This document shows, piece by piece, positions 49,772 to 62,712 of a stretch of 64,000 nucleotides of DNA. How positions within the stretch are numbered: the stretch's first letter is position 1; every line of letters starts with the position of its first letter. The translations under genes were made by a program, and so were the position numbers. The DNA is from Candidatus Hydrogenedentota bacterium. Its GTDB lineage: Bacteria > Hydrogenedentota > Hydrogenedentia > Hydrogenedentales > JAEUWI01. The stretch is taken from the NCBI GenBank assembly GCA_034669905.1, contig JAXMOL010000002.1:64001-128000 (forward strand). Reading direction: 5' to 3'. The notes below the pieces were generated by a model. It was given only the letters and a program-made list of their open reading frames with translations. It was not told the origin of the DNA and did no database searches.

Positions 49772-52018
49772 TTAGAAGTGGTACCACTTGCGGCGGCCCG
49801 ACGACCCATCGTCATAGTAGTAGTAATAGTAGTAGTAGTGGCGGCGGGTCGTTTCCAGCCCGTTCACCACGACGCCGGCCACGGCCACCTTGGCCGTCGA
49901 CAGCAGCTTCTTCGCACGAATAACCGTTTCCCGGCGCGCATTGTTCGTCGACACGACCATCATGCAGGTGTCCACGTGGGTGGCCAGCAAGACCGGGTCC
50001 GTCACGACCAGCACCGAGGGCGCATCACAAATTACCAGGTCGAATGCCGCACCCAGCTGGTCCATCAACTCCGCCATGTGGTCCGAACCGATCAACTCGG
50101 ACGGGTTGGGGGGCACACGGCCGCTCGAAATAATCCAGAGATTGTCGATACGTGTAGGCCGGATTACGCTCTTGGAATCCACGCCCTCGCGCAACACATC
50201 AGCAAGCCCCGGGCCCCGTTCCATGCGCAACACGCGGTGCACATTGGGACGGCGCAAATCGGTGTCAACAATGAGGACCCGCATGCCCCGGTCGGCCATG
50301 GTTACCGCAAGGTTTACCGCCGTCGTCGTCTTCCCTTCACCCGGCACTGCGCTCGTCACCATTACCGTCTGGGGCTTGTCCTTAATGGTGGCAAACTGAA
50401 AATTGGTCCGCAGGGTTCGGTAGGCTTCCGAAATCGGCGACTTCGGGTCATGCTGCGTAACGATGCAGGAGTCGATTTGCTCCTCATCGACGGTACTGAC
50501 ATAGGTGGCCCGTCGTCTTCGCCCACCTCGGGGACGGCCAAAGCGCATCCGTGGAATCGTGCCGATCACCTCGAGGCCAATATACTCGTTAACATCCTCG
50601 ATACTTCGAATAGACGTATCGTTGTACTCCGTGACCATCGCAAAAACGAACATCACGATGAATCCAATAAGCCCGCCAATGGCAAAGTTGACCCACTGCT
50701 GACGGCTACCCGGCACGCCCATGGGCACCGCGGCCGCAATCGCATCTTTCCGCTCGACTGAGCCTAAGCCCCGCTCGATGTCCCGGCGAATTTCCATCTC
50801 CCGGTCGGAATACTGATTGAGGCGCTCTTCAATGTTTTCCACTTCGCGCTTCAGGCGATCCGAATCCACCTTGAGATTGGCCAACTCAGGCACGCGGGGA
50901 ATTAACTCTTCCCGCTCCTTCTTGATCGCCTGTTCCCGCAATTCCAGCCCCGTCATCTGAAGGCGGATTTCGATTTGCTGGCGGTAGATTTCGTTGCGCT
51001 TCACCCAGATATCGCTACCCCCTGGAACGCCCGAAGACTTCTGCTTCTCCGCTTCCAGGATGAGGGCCTGGGTCTCGGAAATAAGCTCTTCCAATTCAAT
51101 CAGGCGGGGCCAGCTGGGCTGATAAATGGCACTAAGGGTGAGCTTTTCTTCCAGCAGTTTATCGAGGTCCGCAAAGAGGCCGGTCACCAGGTTATCACTG
51201 GGCTGATTCAACGATTCCGAAAACTGTTCTGAAGCCAGCGCCAACTCCGCGTCCAGCTTGTTCAGCTTTTGCGTCGCCGCCACCTTGCTGACTTGAATCT
51301 CACGCAGCTCCCGCTCTTTCTCAGCCAGGCGCTGATCAATGTCTTCGTAGTCCTGGAAGCCGTGGGCCTGCATGAATTCCAGGCGCGCCTGCTCCGCTTC
51401 CGCCAGCTCATCCCGGAGAGACTGGATGATGCCTACCGCATCCTCGTGGCTATGCTGGGCCAATTCCAGATGACGGTGCCGATTCACTTCCAGAAAGGCG
51501 CGGGTCGCAATTTCGGCGATGGCGTTCGCCTCTTCGGCGGTCTCGCAGCGCTCCACCAGAATCTCAATATGCTGATCGCCCTGGGTCGCGATCCGTATTT
51601 TGCCTTGAATCGAGGCGACCAGGGCACGAAATTCGGCGGGGGAAACCACGTTGCTGGTGCGCCCTCCTGTCGCCACATCGGTCTGAATCAGGGCGCGGGC
51701 CACCTCTTCCGACAGGGCGTTCAGGCTCGTGCGCTCCACCAGACTCTCCGCCGTCATCACATATTGGGAAGGAGGCGACTTCGACATAATCCGGCTGGAG
51801 CGACCATCGGCAATCACGAGCTTGCCCGAGGTGCTGTATAAGGTTTCCGAGGTCTCCTGGGTAAACCAGGCAACGCCACCAAACGCCAACGCACCAAAGA
51901 GGGCGCCCAACAATAGGAGGAGCCAACGTTCGGAAATGACATTCCACAGAAATCGGAACTGATTGTCCTGGTTTTCCCGCGTCGTGTCTTCCAATACGGG
52001 TGCGTCTATACTCGACAT
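49772..52018 (-). CDS. wzc: Wzc-type polysaccharide co-polymerase / tyrosine autokinase
   Basis: Two TMs around a coiled coil; EAYRTLRTN, GEGKTT, DTDLRRP and DAPS motifs; C-terminal run of 8 Tyr. Confidence 0.92.
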   Translation of the reverse strand: MSSIDAPVLEDTTRENQDNQFRFLWNVISERWLLLLLGALFGALAFGGVAWFTQETSETLYSTSGKLVIADGRSSRIMSKSPPSQYVMTAESLVERTSLNALSEEVARALIQTDVATGGRTSNVVSPAEFRALVASIQGKIRIATQGDQHIEILVERCETAEEANAIAEIATRAFLEVNRHRHLELAQHSHEDAVGIIQSLRDELAEAEQARLEFMQAHGFQDYEDIDQRLAEKERELREIQVSKVAATQKLNKLDAELALASEQFSESLNQPSDNLVTGLFADLDKLLEEKLTLSAIYQPSWPRLIELEELISETQALILEAEKQKSSGVPGGSDIWVKRNEIYRQQIEIRLQMTGLELREQAIKKEREELIPRVPELANLKVDSDRLKREVENIEERLNQYSDREMEIRRDIERGLGSVERKDAIAAAVPMGVPGSRQQWVNFAIGGLIGFIVMFVFAMVTEYNDTSIRSIEDVNEYIGLEVIGTIPRMRFGRPRGGRRRRATYVSTVDEEQIDSCIVTQHDPKSPISEAYRTLRTNFQFATIKDKPQTVMVTSAVPGEGKTTTAVNLAVTMADRGMRVLIVDTDLRRPNVHRVLRMERGPGLADVLREGVDSKSVIRPTRIDNLWIISSGRVPPNPSELIGSDHMAELMDQLGAAFDLVICDAPSVLVVTDPVLLATHVDTCMMVVSTNNARRETVIRAKKLLSTAKVAVAGVVVNGLETTRRHYYYYYYYYDDGSSGRRKWYHF

Positions 52019-52021
52019 CGC

Positions 52022-53500
52022 CTAGTCCTTTCGCACTTCCGCACGGGCTTCAAGCGCGGCCAGAAACGGATCGGTATGGCCAAAGCCATCCATATCCAGA
52101 CTGCGCTCCCACCGAATATCTTCCGGCCGATCATGAATCGTCGGCGTAACAAAAATCATCAATTCGCGGCTGGTGCGCGTACGCTCTTTGTGCTTGAACA
52201 GGTTTCCGAAGATGGGAAGATTGCCCAGGCCCGGGAGCTTTTGAATCACCGTGTGGTTGTCGGCCATCACGATACCGCCGATCACCAGGGACTGACCATC
52301 CCGCACGATGCGCTGGCTGTTGCTGCTGCGCAGGGCGCGCACGGGCACCCCATTGGAAACGCCAACCGCGGTGGACACTTCGGGGGCCAACTCCACCAGG
52401 ACGTAACGTCCCCCATCTGGATCGCGGCGCACGTGGGGCACCACTTCCAACACAATACCAATCTCCAGGAACTGCACATTTTCGACGGAAGAAAAGCCGG
52501 CCGTCCCGACTTCGGAATAGGGAAACTCTTCCGTCATCCGAATCGTTGCCGGTTTGTGGTTGACCGTACCCACATAAGGGGACGCCAACAACTCGGCTTT
52601 GTCGTCGGCCACGAGGGCATCCAGCATGACCCCCAAATCGATCCCGCTGTTCATGTACCCGAGAAACATCTGGCCCGGGGCAGCGACCTGAACCGGTACC
52701 TGAAGGCGCCGATCAAAGTTTGCTTCATCCAGGAAACGACGGCTGGGCCCCCCGCCCCGATTACCGGTATCGAGTGACTCATTGAATTCAGGACCCACGG
52801 ACTGACGAATGGAGGTCAGCAGGGCATCCTGCCGCGGTGGTGGCGTGTATCCACCGCCCGCATGGTCTCCCTGGACGAACCAACGGATACCCAACTCTTT
52901 GGCGGCCGCCGTTTCCACTTCCACGATCTTGGACTCAATCAGCACCTGGGTAATCTGAGATTCCATCTGGTCCAACTCGTGGATGACGGAAATCATGTTT
53001 TGAAGAATCCCCGATTCGTCGGTCAGAATCAGGCTGTTGGTGTTGGGGTCGAAGCTGACGCTGCCACCAGCCGATGACATGCCATTCAGCGCTTTTTCCA
53101 GGCCGCCGGCGTCGGCATTATTCAAGGGGATAACCTTGGTCTGCATCGACTGGGTCCGCATGACGCCACCGGGAAGGGCCATAGCGCCCTCGATGCTTCG
53201 GGAAACGGTGACCCGCGGATTTTTCAGGATACTCTTGAATCCCATGGAGACCCGTGCTCCGGCATCATTCAGACTCAGCCCCTTCAAGGTGACGTTGCCA
53301 ATATACGGCAATTCCACGTTGCCCTGGCTGTCTATCTGGGTGGTCGTCGAAAGTTCCGGCTGACGATGCACGTTGATATACACCAGATCCCCGGGTTTCA
53401 AAAAATCCTCTTTCATCGGCTCGGCCGCAAAAGACGGCCCGCCGAGACAAAGGCAGACGAAAAGGGGAATCAGGGTGAACCGCGTTGGCAGGCTTAACAT
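52022..53500 (-). CDS. Poly_export (Wza/OPX) domain fused to secretin N and secretin domains
   Basis: LKPGDLVYINV..PELS..GNVELPYIG..LKNPRVTV; then PLNNADA..DPNTNSLIL; then QVLIESKIVEV, GIVLEVVP, DGQSLVIGG and LPGLGNLPIFGNLFK..ELMIFVTP. Confidence 0.85.
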   Translation of the reverse strand: MLSLPTRFTLIPLFVCLCLGGPSFAAEPMKEDFLKPGDLVYINVHRQPELSTTTQIDSQGNVELPYIGNVTLKGLSLNDAGARVSMGFKSILKNPRVTVSRSIEGAMALPGGVMRTQSMQTKVIPLNNADAGGLEKALNGMSSAGGSVSFDPNTNSLILTDESGILQNMISVIHELDQMESQITQVLIESKIVEVETAAAKELGIRWFVQGDHAGGGYTPPPRQDALLTSIRQSVGPEFNESLDTGNRGGGPSRRFLDEANFDRRLQVPVQVAAPGQMFLGYMNSGIDLGVMLDALVADDKAELLASPYVGTVNHKPATIRMTEEFPYSEVGTAGFSSVENVQFLEIGIVLEVVPHVRRDPDGGRYVLVELAPEVSTAVGVSNGVPVRALRSSNSQRIVRDGQSLVIGGIVMADNHTVIQKLPGLGNLPIFGNLFKHKERTRTSRELMIFVTPTIHDRPEDIRWERSLDMDGFGHTDPFLAALEARAEVRKD

Positions 53501-53564
53501 GAGTTTTCACTCCACAGGGTTATCTGTTACCGGGCCTCCCTGAGGGACGGACTCCGGTTTTTGA

Positions 53565-55622
53565 CTATTGGGTTGGACCCGGCGCTACCGGGGCAGCATC
53601 TACGGCATCTACGGCCTCCACGGCCCCGTCGGTGCCCTCAGCACCTTCCGGCACGGTAACTACTGCCGGAAACTCCGCCATAGGATTCTCTTCACGACTT
53701 TCGGCACCGGCTTCTGGCATTTCTTCCGGCATGACCTCCGGTGCTGCCTCCGGTGCGGTCTCGGCCGCCGGGCTACTATTCTGCCCCGCCGCTTCCGCCT
53801 CCGGCACCTGACCTTCCTCCACCGCCCCGGTTTCTTCGTAGCTCAGCCATTCCAGGTTCTTCTGCAACTCCGCCTTCATACTCGGCTCGATACCTGGGAC
53901 CTGGATAGCCCGTTGCCAATAGGACGCCGCGGTCTCCATAAAGGCTTCCCGGTCAGCGTCCGATGTCGCCAGATCGGCACGGACCTTAAACATCTCCCCG
54001 AGGCTGCGAAAATCCTGATCCACCGAATAGTTCCCCGGCAGGTAGGCGGCCTGAAGATAGGCGCTCTCTGCCGCGTCATACTCCGACTTCTGGCTATAGG
54101 CCCGGGCGAGATAGCGCAACATGGTCAGCGCTCCCTGGGGGTCGTTGGCGGGATCAGCCTGATCACGCAACAGGGCAATCGCCTTGTCGTAGTCGCCCAA
54201 TTCATAGTAGAGCCGACCCATAATCGTTTCCGCACGGGTCCGTTTGCGGTGCAATGGATTCTCTTCGATAAAGGTGCTGAACCGTTCGACGGCCGCTGTA
54301 TAACGGCGGCGCATTTCATCCCGTGAGCGGATGTCGCCCAGGGTCAAGGCATAGGCCGCACGGAACTGGGCGTCCGCCAGGGCCACCGGGTCTGCCCCCA
54401 CTTTGTGGGCCAGATTGTCGTAGGCCCGCGAGGCTTCCGGATATTTCCCTTCCTTCATCAAGCGGCTGGCCTTTACTTCCAGGTCTTCAGCCCGCTGCAA
54501 TACGGGAGCGACCACATAGATGTAGCCCGCGACCACCCCACCCACAACCACGAACAGCAAGGTGATCACGCGGATTACCTTGCCGGCCCGCCGTCCACCC
54601 CGCGTATGGCGCTTGGAACGGCGTCGGGCAGGGGCGGCACTGTAATCGTAGGATAAATCGGCATCCAGCTCGGCAGATGCCGGACTGGTAGCACTGTAGG
54701 TGGGCAACAAACTCGGCGCAGGCACGGGCGGTGCCGCTTCTTCCGGGGGACGTTTCCCCAGGGCCTGCATCAATTGCTCGGCTTCGGCGAGTGCATCCCG
54801 GGAAGGCGCTTTTTGTGCGGGTTCCGGTGGCGCCGTCGCAGGAGCGGGCTCCGCTTCCGGGCCTTCCTCGATGGCGTTAACCCCTTCCGCCACGGAATCC
54901 AACAGGGAATCCCAGTCATCGGTCAGGGCCTGGTCCGCAACGGGCACTTCGGGTGTCGGCGCTGCTGGCACGTCGGGGCTATGGGGAACTTCTTCGGCGA
55001 CGGGAGGCGTGTCCGGTTGGGCATTAACCTCCTCGATCTGTTCCAACAGCGCCAACAAATCCGCTGACGGTGAGGAGGTTTCTTCCGGCTCAGGAGGGGC
55101 TTCCAGGGCAGGACGATAGGGTGCCGTGACACGCGTATCGTCCGGCACCTCTGCGAACCCCGACTCGAGGCCCGCTACAATATCCTTAAAGGCGTCTACC
55201 GACGAGCCCGTGACCGGAGCATCGCTGCGGAGGGTATCTCCCCCCCGATCCGGCACCAGATTGGCATCCAGGGTAACATCCGACAAGCCGCCCACAGCCC
55301 CATCACCCCCATCATCTACGTCGGCCACACCCTTCTCATAGAAACTCAGGGGAGCCGAGGGATTCAGGTCGTCATCGCTTGCCGTGTCTTCGGCAGGTGG
55401 GGCGGCCGGGGCGCTCTCGCGAACGGGCGCCCGAGTAAGCCCGGACATCTGAATAAAGTCGAGGGGATTGGCACGCTGCCCATCGGGCACGCCGCTGCCA
55501 AAGCGATCGTCGTCGGGCATCCCGGCAAGCAGATCACCATCGATCGCCTCCACGGCATCCGGTGCAAAGGGATCGTTCCCCTCACCCGAAAAACCATGCT
55601 CCTGTTCGGCACCTGGCGCCAT
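53565..55622 (-). CDS. Single-pass membrane protein: acidic disordered N-terminus, TM, TPR domain
   Basis: Asp/Glu/Pro-rich N-terminal half, basic patch then TM, TPR-like helices (MGRLYYELGDYDKAI); ATG immediately after the upstream stop. Confidence 0.75.
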   Translation of the reverse strand: MAPGAEQEHGFSGEGNDPFAPDAVEAIDGDLLAGMPDDDRFGSGVPDGQRANPLDFIQMSGLTRAPVRESAPAAPPAEDTASDDDLNPSAPLSFYEKGVADVDDGGDGAVGGLSDVTLDANLVPDRGGDTLRSDAPVTGSSVDAFKDIVAGLESGFAEVPDDTRVTAPYRPALEAPPEPEETSSPSADLLALLEQIEEVNAQPDTPPVAEEVPHSPDVPAAPTPEVPVADQALTDDWDSLLDSVAEGVNAIEEGPEAEPAPATAPPEPAQKAPSRDALAEAEQLMQALGKRPPEEAAPPVPAPSLLPTYSATSPASAELDADLSYDYSAAPARRRSKRHTRGGRRAGKVIRVITLLFVVVGGVVAGYIYVVAPVLQRAEDLEVKASRLMKEGKYPEASRAYDNLAHKVGADPVALADAQFRAAYALTLGDIRSRDEMRRRYTAAVERFSTFIEENPLHRKRTRAETIMGRLYYELGDYDKAIALLRDQADPANDPQGALTMLRYLARAYSQKSEYDAAESAYLQAAYLPGNYSVDQDFRSLGEMFKVRADLATSDADREAFMETAASYWQRAIQVPGIEPSMKAELQKNLEWLSYEETGAVEEGQVPEAEAAGQNSSPAAETAPEAAPEVMPEEMPEAGAESREENPMAEFPAVVTVPEGAEGTDGAVEAVDAVDAAPVAPGPTQ

Positions 55623-55623
55623 A

Positions 55624-56643
55624 TCAGCCCAATCCCTGATCGTGTCTGGCCCGCGCGGATCGCAACAGCAAATCGGCCGCGCGCTGGTCACGCGACTGCT
55701 GGTCTCGCACATTACGTTCCCGCATTCCGCCGGGTGCCACCGGTGCTACCGGGGCCGGTGGTCGAACGGATGCCCCGACAGCAGCGGCCACACGGGCACG
55801 CTTCTCGGGATCGGGCAACGTTGTCTTTTCAATCGTATGTAACACTATATCGTGCGTTATACGCTTGGTCTTTAGCTGGGCCGCCAACAGGAGGGAATTG
55901 CGGCACAGGGTCACCATGACCCGGGGGCTGCCCTCGGCATAAGCGTGAATCGCACGCAGGGCGCCCTCTTCAAACTCCGGTCCGATGCCTTCCTGGCTGC
56001 CTGCCTGACGCAATCGAAACGCAATAAACTGCTTGGCTTCGTCAAAATCGATGGGTTCCAGCGTATAGGTCAGGTTAATACGCTGCTCAAAATTCGGAGC
56101 CGCCTGGAGCACCTGCATCCACTCTAGCTGCGCGAAGAAGACCAGATTCAACAGCTTCTGCTGCTGGGTTTCCAGGTTCTGCACCAGCCGCAATAACTCC
56201 AGCTGGCCCCGCTTGTTCAGATTCTGCGCATCGTCGATGATAAGCGTACAAATCCGATTCCGGTTCTCCAGAAGGTGCTGGTTCAACGCTTCCATGTAGG
56301 CCACAAAGGATTGTTCCGCCGGACGCAATCCAAATTGCGCTACGATACTCTCCAGCAGGGCAAAGCTGGTCCAGGAAGGTATGGGCGACCCAATCACGGC
56401 CGTGAGATAGCGCTCGGGATCAGCGGCCATGCCGGTCATCAGCTTCCGCAACAAGGTCGTCTTGCCCGTACCATAATTTCCGAGCACCACCGCGATGCCA
56501 TGGGAGGCATCAATCCCATTCCAAAGGCGGTAAAGGCACTCTTTATGGCCCCGGGTGGCGTAGAAATACACCGGGTCCGCCGTGGGAGCAAAAGGTTGCT
56601 CCGCGAGACCCAGCTGCCTTAAATAGGTTTGCGTTCCATCCAT
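55624..56643 (-). CDS. ExeA/GspA-family AAA ATPase
   Basis: LGLAEQPFAPTADP, GNYGTGKTT, LIIDDAQNL and EGSPR motifs. Confidence 0.88.
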   Translation of the reverse strand: MDGTQTYLRQLGLAEQPFAPTADPVYFYATRGHKECLYRLWNGIDASHGIAVVLGNYGTGKTTLLRKLMTGMAADPERYLTAVIGSPIPSWTSFALLESIVAQFGLRPAEQSFVAYMEALNQHLLENRNRICTLIIDDAQNLNKRGQLELLRLVQNLETQQQKLLNLVFFAQLEWMQVLQAAPNFEQRINLTYTLEPIDFDEAKQFIAFRLRQAGSQEGIGPEFEEGALRAIHAYAEGSPRVMVTLCRNSLLLAAQLKTKRITHDIVLHTIEKTTLPDPEKRARVAAAVGASVRPPAPVAPVAPGGMRERNVRDQQSRDQRAADLLLRSARARHDQGLG

Positions 56644-57118
56644 GCGCGTATGCCTGTTCCAATCGGTGTAGATTCACCAAGCCCTCTGCTCGGCGGACAA
56701 TACGGACCCACGTTCAGAGCGCCCCCAAATTCAGAGGGGACCACAGCGAAGGGGGCATCCCTGCACCCTGCGACGTAATCTTGGCCATTGCGGGCAGACC
56801 TGCTGCCACTGCGCACCACGACGAAAGCGATTCGCCGCAAAATTCGGGTCCATGACGGGCCCGCAAATCACACCCACGCAGCAGCTAAGCGATTGATTTC
56901 AATCGATCTAGCCACTCCTAATAATACTCCTGCAAAACAGGACTGTCAACCGATTACCGGGACCTGTCCGATTTTGAGCCAGAGATCCGAAACCCCGCAA
57001 GCTGCGGAAAGGACGAATTTCAGCGTTCCATCGCTGAGACGACGCAGATCACAGGCCCGGTCCCTTGCTATACTGCGGCCCGGAAACGCCCCAAACCACC
57101 CCCCAACAGGAGTTTTTT

Positions 57119-60787
<3,669 letters not shown>

Positions 60788-61018
60788 AATCTCTCACCAT
60801 AGACGGGGGCTGTATGGAGTGCGGGTTTTCGTACCCACAACACGGCCCAGGAGGGACGTGGTGGGCATGTTTTGCGGGGGATAGCCGTTGCTGCCCACCG
60901 GTCTCTAATTCGAAATAACCCATAATCCAACTTGCCCAAGCCCACGGAGTTGGGAACGAACGCCCAATCAGGCTAGAATGAGGGTGGCAATCACCGCAGG
61001 GGAAATACGGACGGCCCA

Positions 61019-61897
61019 TTGGACAAATCAGAAGCAAAGAAGGTCTTTCAAGAGGCGGATACCCTCTATCAACAAGGCCAATACGATGCCGCACTACACC
61101 TGCTGCAACGGTTGAACCGTGAATTCCCCCGCCAGAAGCACATCATGTATTCCGCCGCACTCTGCCTGGAGCAACTGGGCCGTGCCCAGGAATCCATCGC
61201 CCTGTGTGAACAACTCATTGAGCGCTTTCAGGATGACCGCGCCGAAGTGATTCTCAGCCGCTTCGCCGGAGAAGAGGCCCCTGAGCCGCCGGTCATCACC
61301 CCGAGCGGCTCCCGACGCCTCACGACCGATGACCACCGACTCATCGCCATGCTCATGCAAGACCCGGAAAACATGACGCCCCTGCCTGCGCAACGGGGCT
61401 CCGACCGCATCCTGCTCTATAGCATCGGCGTCATCGCGCTGGTAGTCACTTTTCTTTTCGCCGCCAGTGCCTTTGTGTTCTATGCCCCCGGCGCGGGCCC
61501 CTCCACCGGTATCTCGCTCAGCACCAACGGCGACACCCTCACTCTCGGGCAGGTCTTCGTCATTTTCCTGGCCACCAGCTTCGCCGCCAACACGGTGGCC
61601 ATGTTTGTCCTCCTGGCCCTCATGGGGCACCAGCGTTACGAATCCCCGGTCGACAATGTTTTCGATGTCATGCAGTACGCCTTCTACGTCAGCATTCTCC
61701 TCTGCGTCCCCGTAGTCGGCTGGATTGTCATTCCCCTGATGCTTCGGCGACATTATTTTTTCCCCATGGGCGAACTCTTCCTCTTTCTGCTCTTACAGAG
61801 TGTCATGGCCACGGGATTCGCAATTATCTTCGGCGCCATCATGCTCCTCCTCGGCTATGGCTGGGTATTCTCCCACCTCGCCGACGCGACCGCCTGA
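61019..61897 (+). CDS. TPR plus multi-TM membrane protein
   Basis: N-terminal TPR helices, C-terminal TM segments; TTG start. Confidence 0.7.
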   Translation: MDKSEAKKVFQEADTLYQQGQYDAALHLLQRLNREFPRQKHIMYSAALCLEQLGRAQESIALCEQLIERFQDDRAEVILSRFAGEEAPEPPVITPSGSRRLTTDDHRLIAMLMQDPENMTPLPAQRGSDRILLYSIGVIALVVTFLFAASAFVFYAPGAGPSTGISLSTNGDTLTLGQVFVIFLATSFAANTVAMFVLLALMGHQRYESPVDNVFDVMQYAFYVSILLCVPVVGWIVIPLMLRRHYFFPMGELFLFLLLQSVMATGFAIIFGAIMLLLGYGWVFSHLADATA

Positions 61898-62250
61898 CAA
61901 GGCCAGCTTATAGCACTACAAGGGTGCCACCCTTACGGACGTGAGGTACGGGGACTGCCTCGACGTCGTCCACCCTGCCCCACGCATACCAACCCCGGGG
62001 CCAACCGGTCCCCCTACCCCCGTAACACGACCGCAACCGTCGGGGCCGTCCCCCTCCCCATGACGCTCGGGTTCCTTTCAGAGGGGGACAGCCTCGCCTT
62101 CCGAGATACCGCCTCCTGAAAATGACAATGGTTGAACACGACAGTTTTTACCTTACTGCGTCGCGATTGAAGTCGAGGCAGTCCCCGGAAGTTGCGCCTT
62201 GGCTCGGCCTGTCGTATTATTTGGGGTGCGCACGTCGCACGAGGATGCTT

Positions 62251-62706
62251 ATGGAACGACACATCGCTCAAAACAAGTTCGGGCAGGCGGATCTTCTTTT
62301 TCAGCAAGGACGCTTCGATGAATCGCTGTCGCTCTTAGATGAATTGGACCAGGCCTTCCCCAATTCGCCCAACGTCATGTTTCCCCGGGCACGGTGCCTG
62401 TTGGAGATCGGGGAGACCAACGAAGCTCTCGACATCCTTGATGAGCTGGCACTCCAGCACCAGCATCAGGGAGCCATCGAATTGAAAAGCGAAGTCGCCG
62501 ACGCCCTGATCACCTTGACCCAGCCGGCTCAGTCCGAGGCCCGCCACCGCGACGGCCCCACCCCCGATCAGGTAAGAGCCATGCGCTCATCGAGTCACGC
62601 CGGCAGTGTGCCGGAAATCACCGGCAACAAGATTGTCTTTGTCATCGTCGGCCTGATCCTGTTGGTGGTACTGCTCGGCATCGTGCTCCTGATCGTTGCC
62701 CAATAG
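62251..62706 (+). CDS. TPR protein with C-terminal TM anchor
   Basis: QADLLFQQGRFDESL..FP..ARCL, paralogous to the N-terminus of the gene at 61019. Confidence 0.7.
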   Translation: MERHIAQNKFGQADLLFQQGRFDESLSLLDELDQAFPNSPNVMFPRARCLLEIGETNEALDILDELALQHQHQGAIELKSEVADALITLTQPAQSEARHRDGPTPDQVRAMRSSSHAGSVPEITGNKIVFVIVGLILLVVLLGIVLLIVAQ

Positions 62707-62712
62707 CCCCCG

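Noticed and set aside
52022..56643. Conventional type II secretion operon
   Set aside because: No GspE/F, pseudopilins or GspL/M nearby; the downstream neighbours are polysaccharide genes
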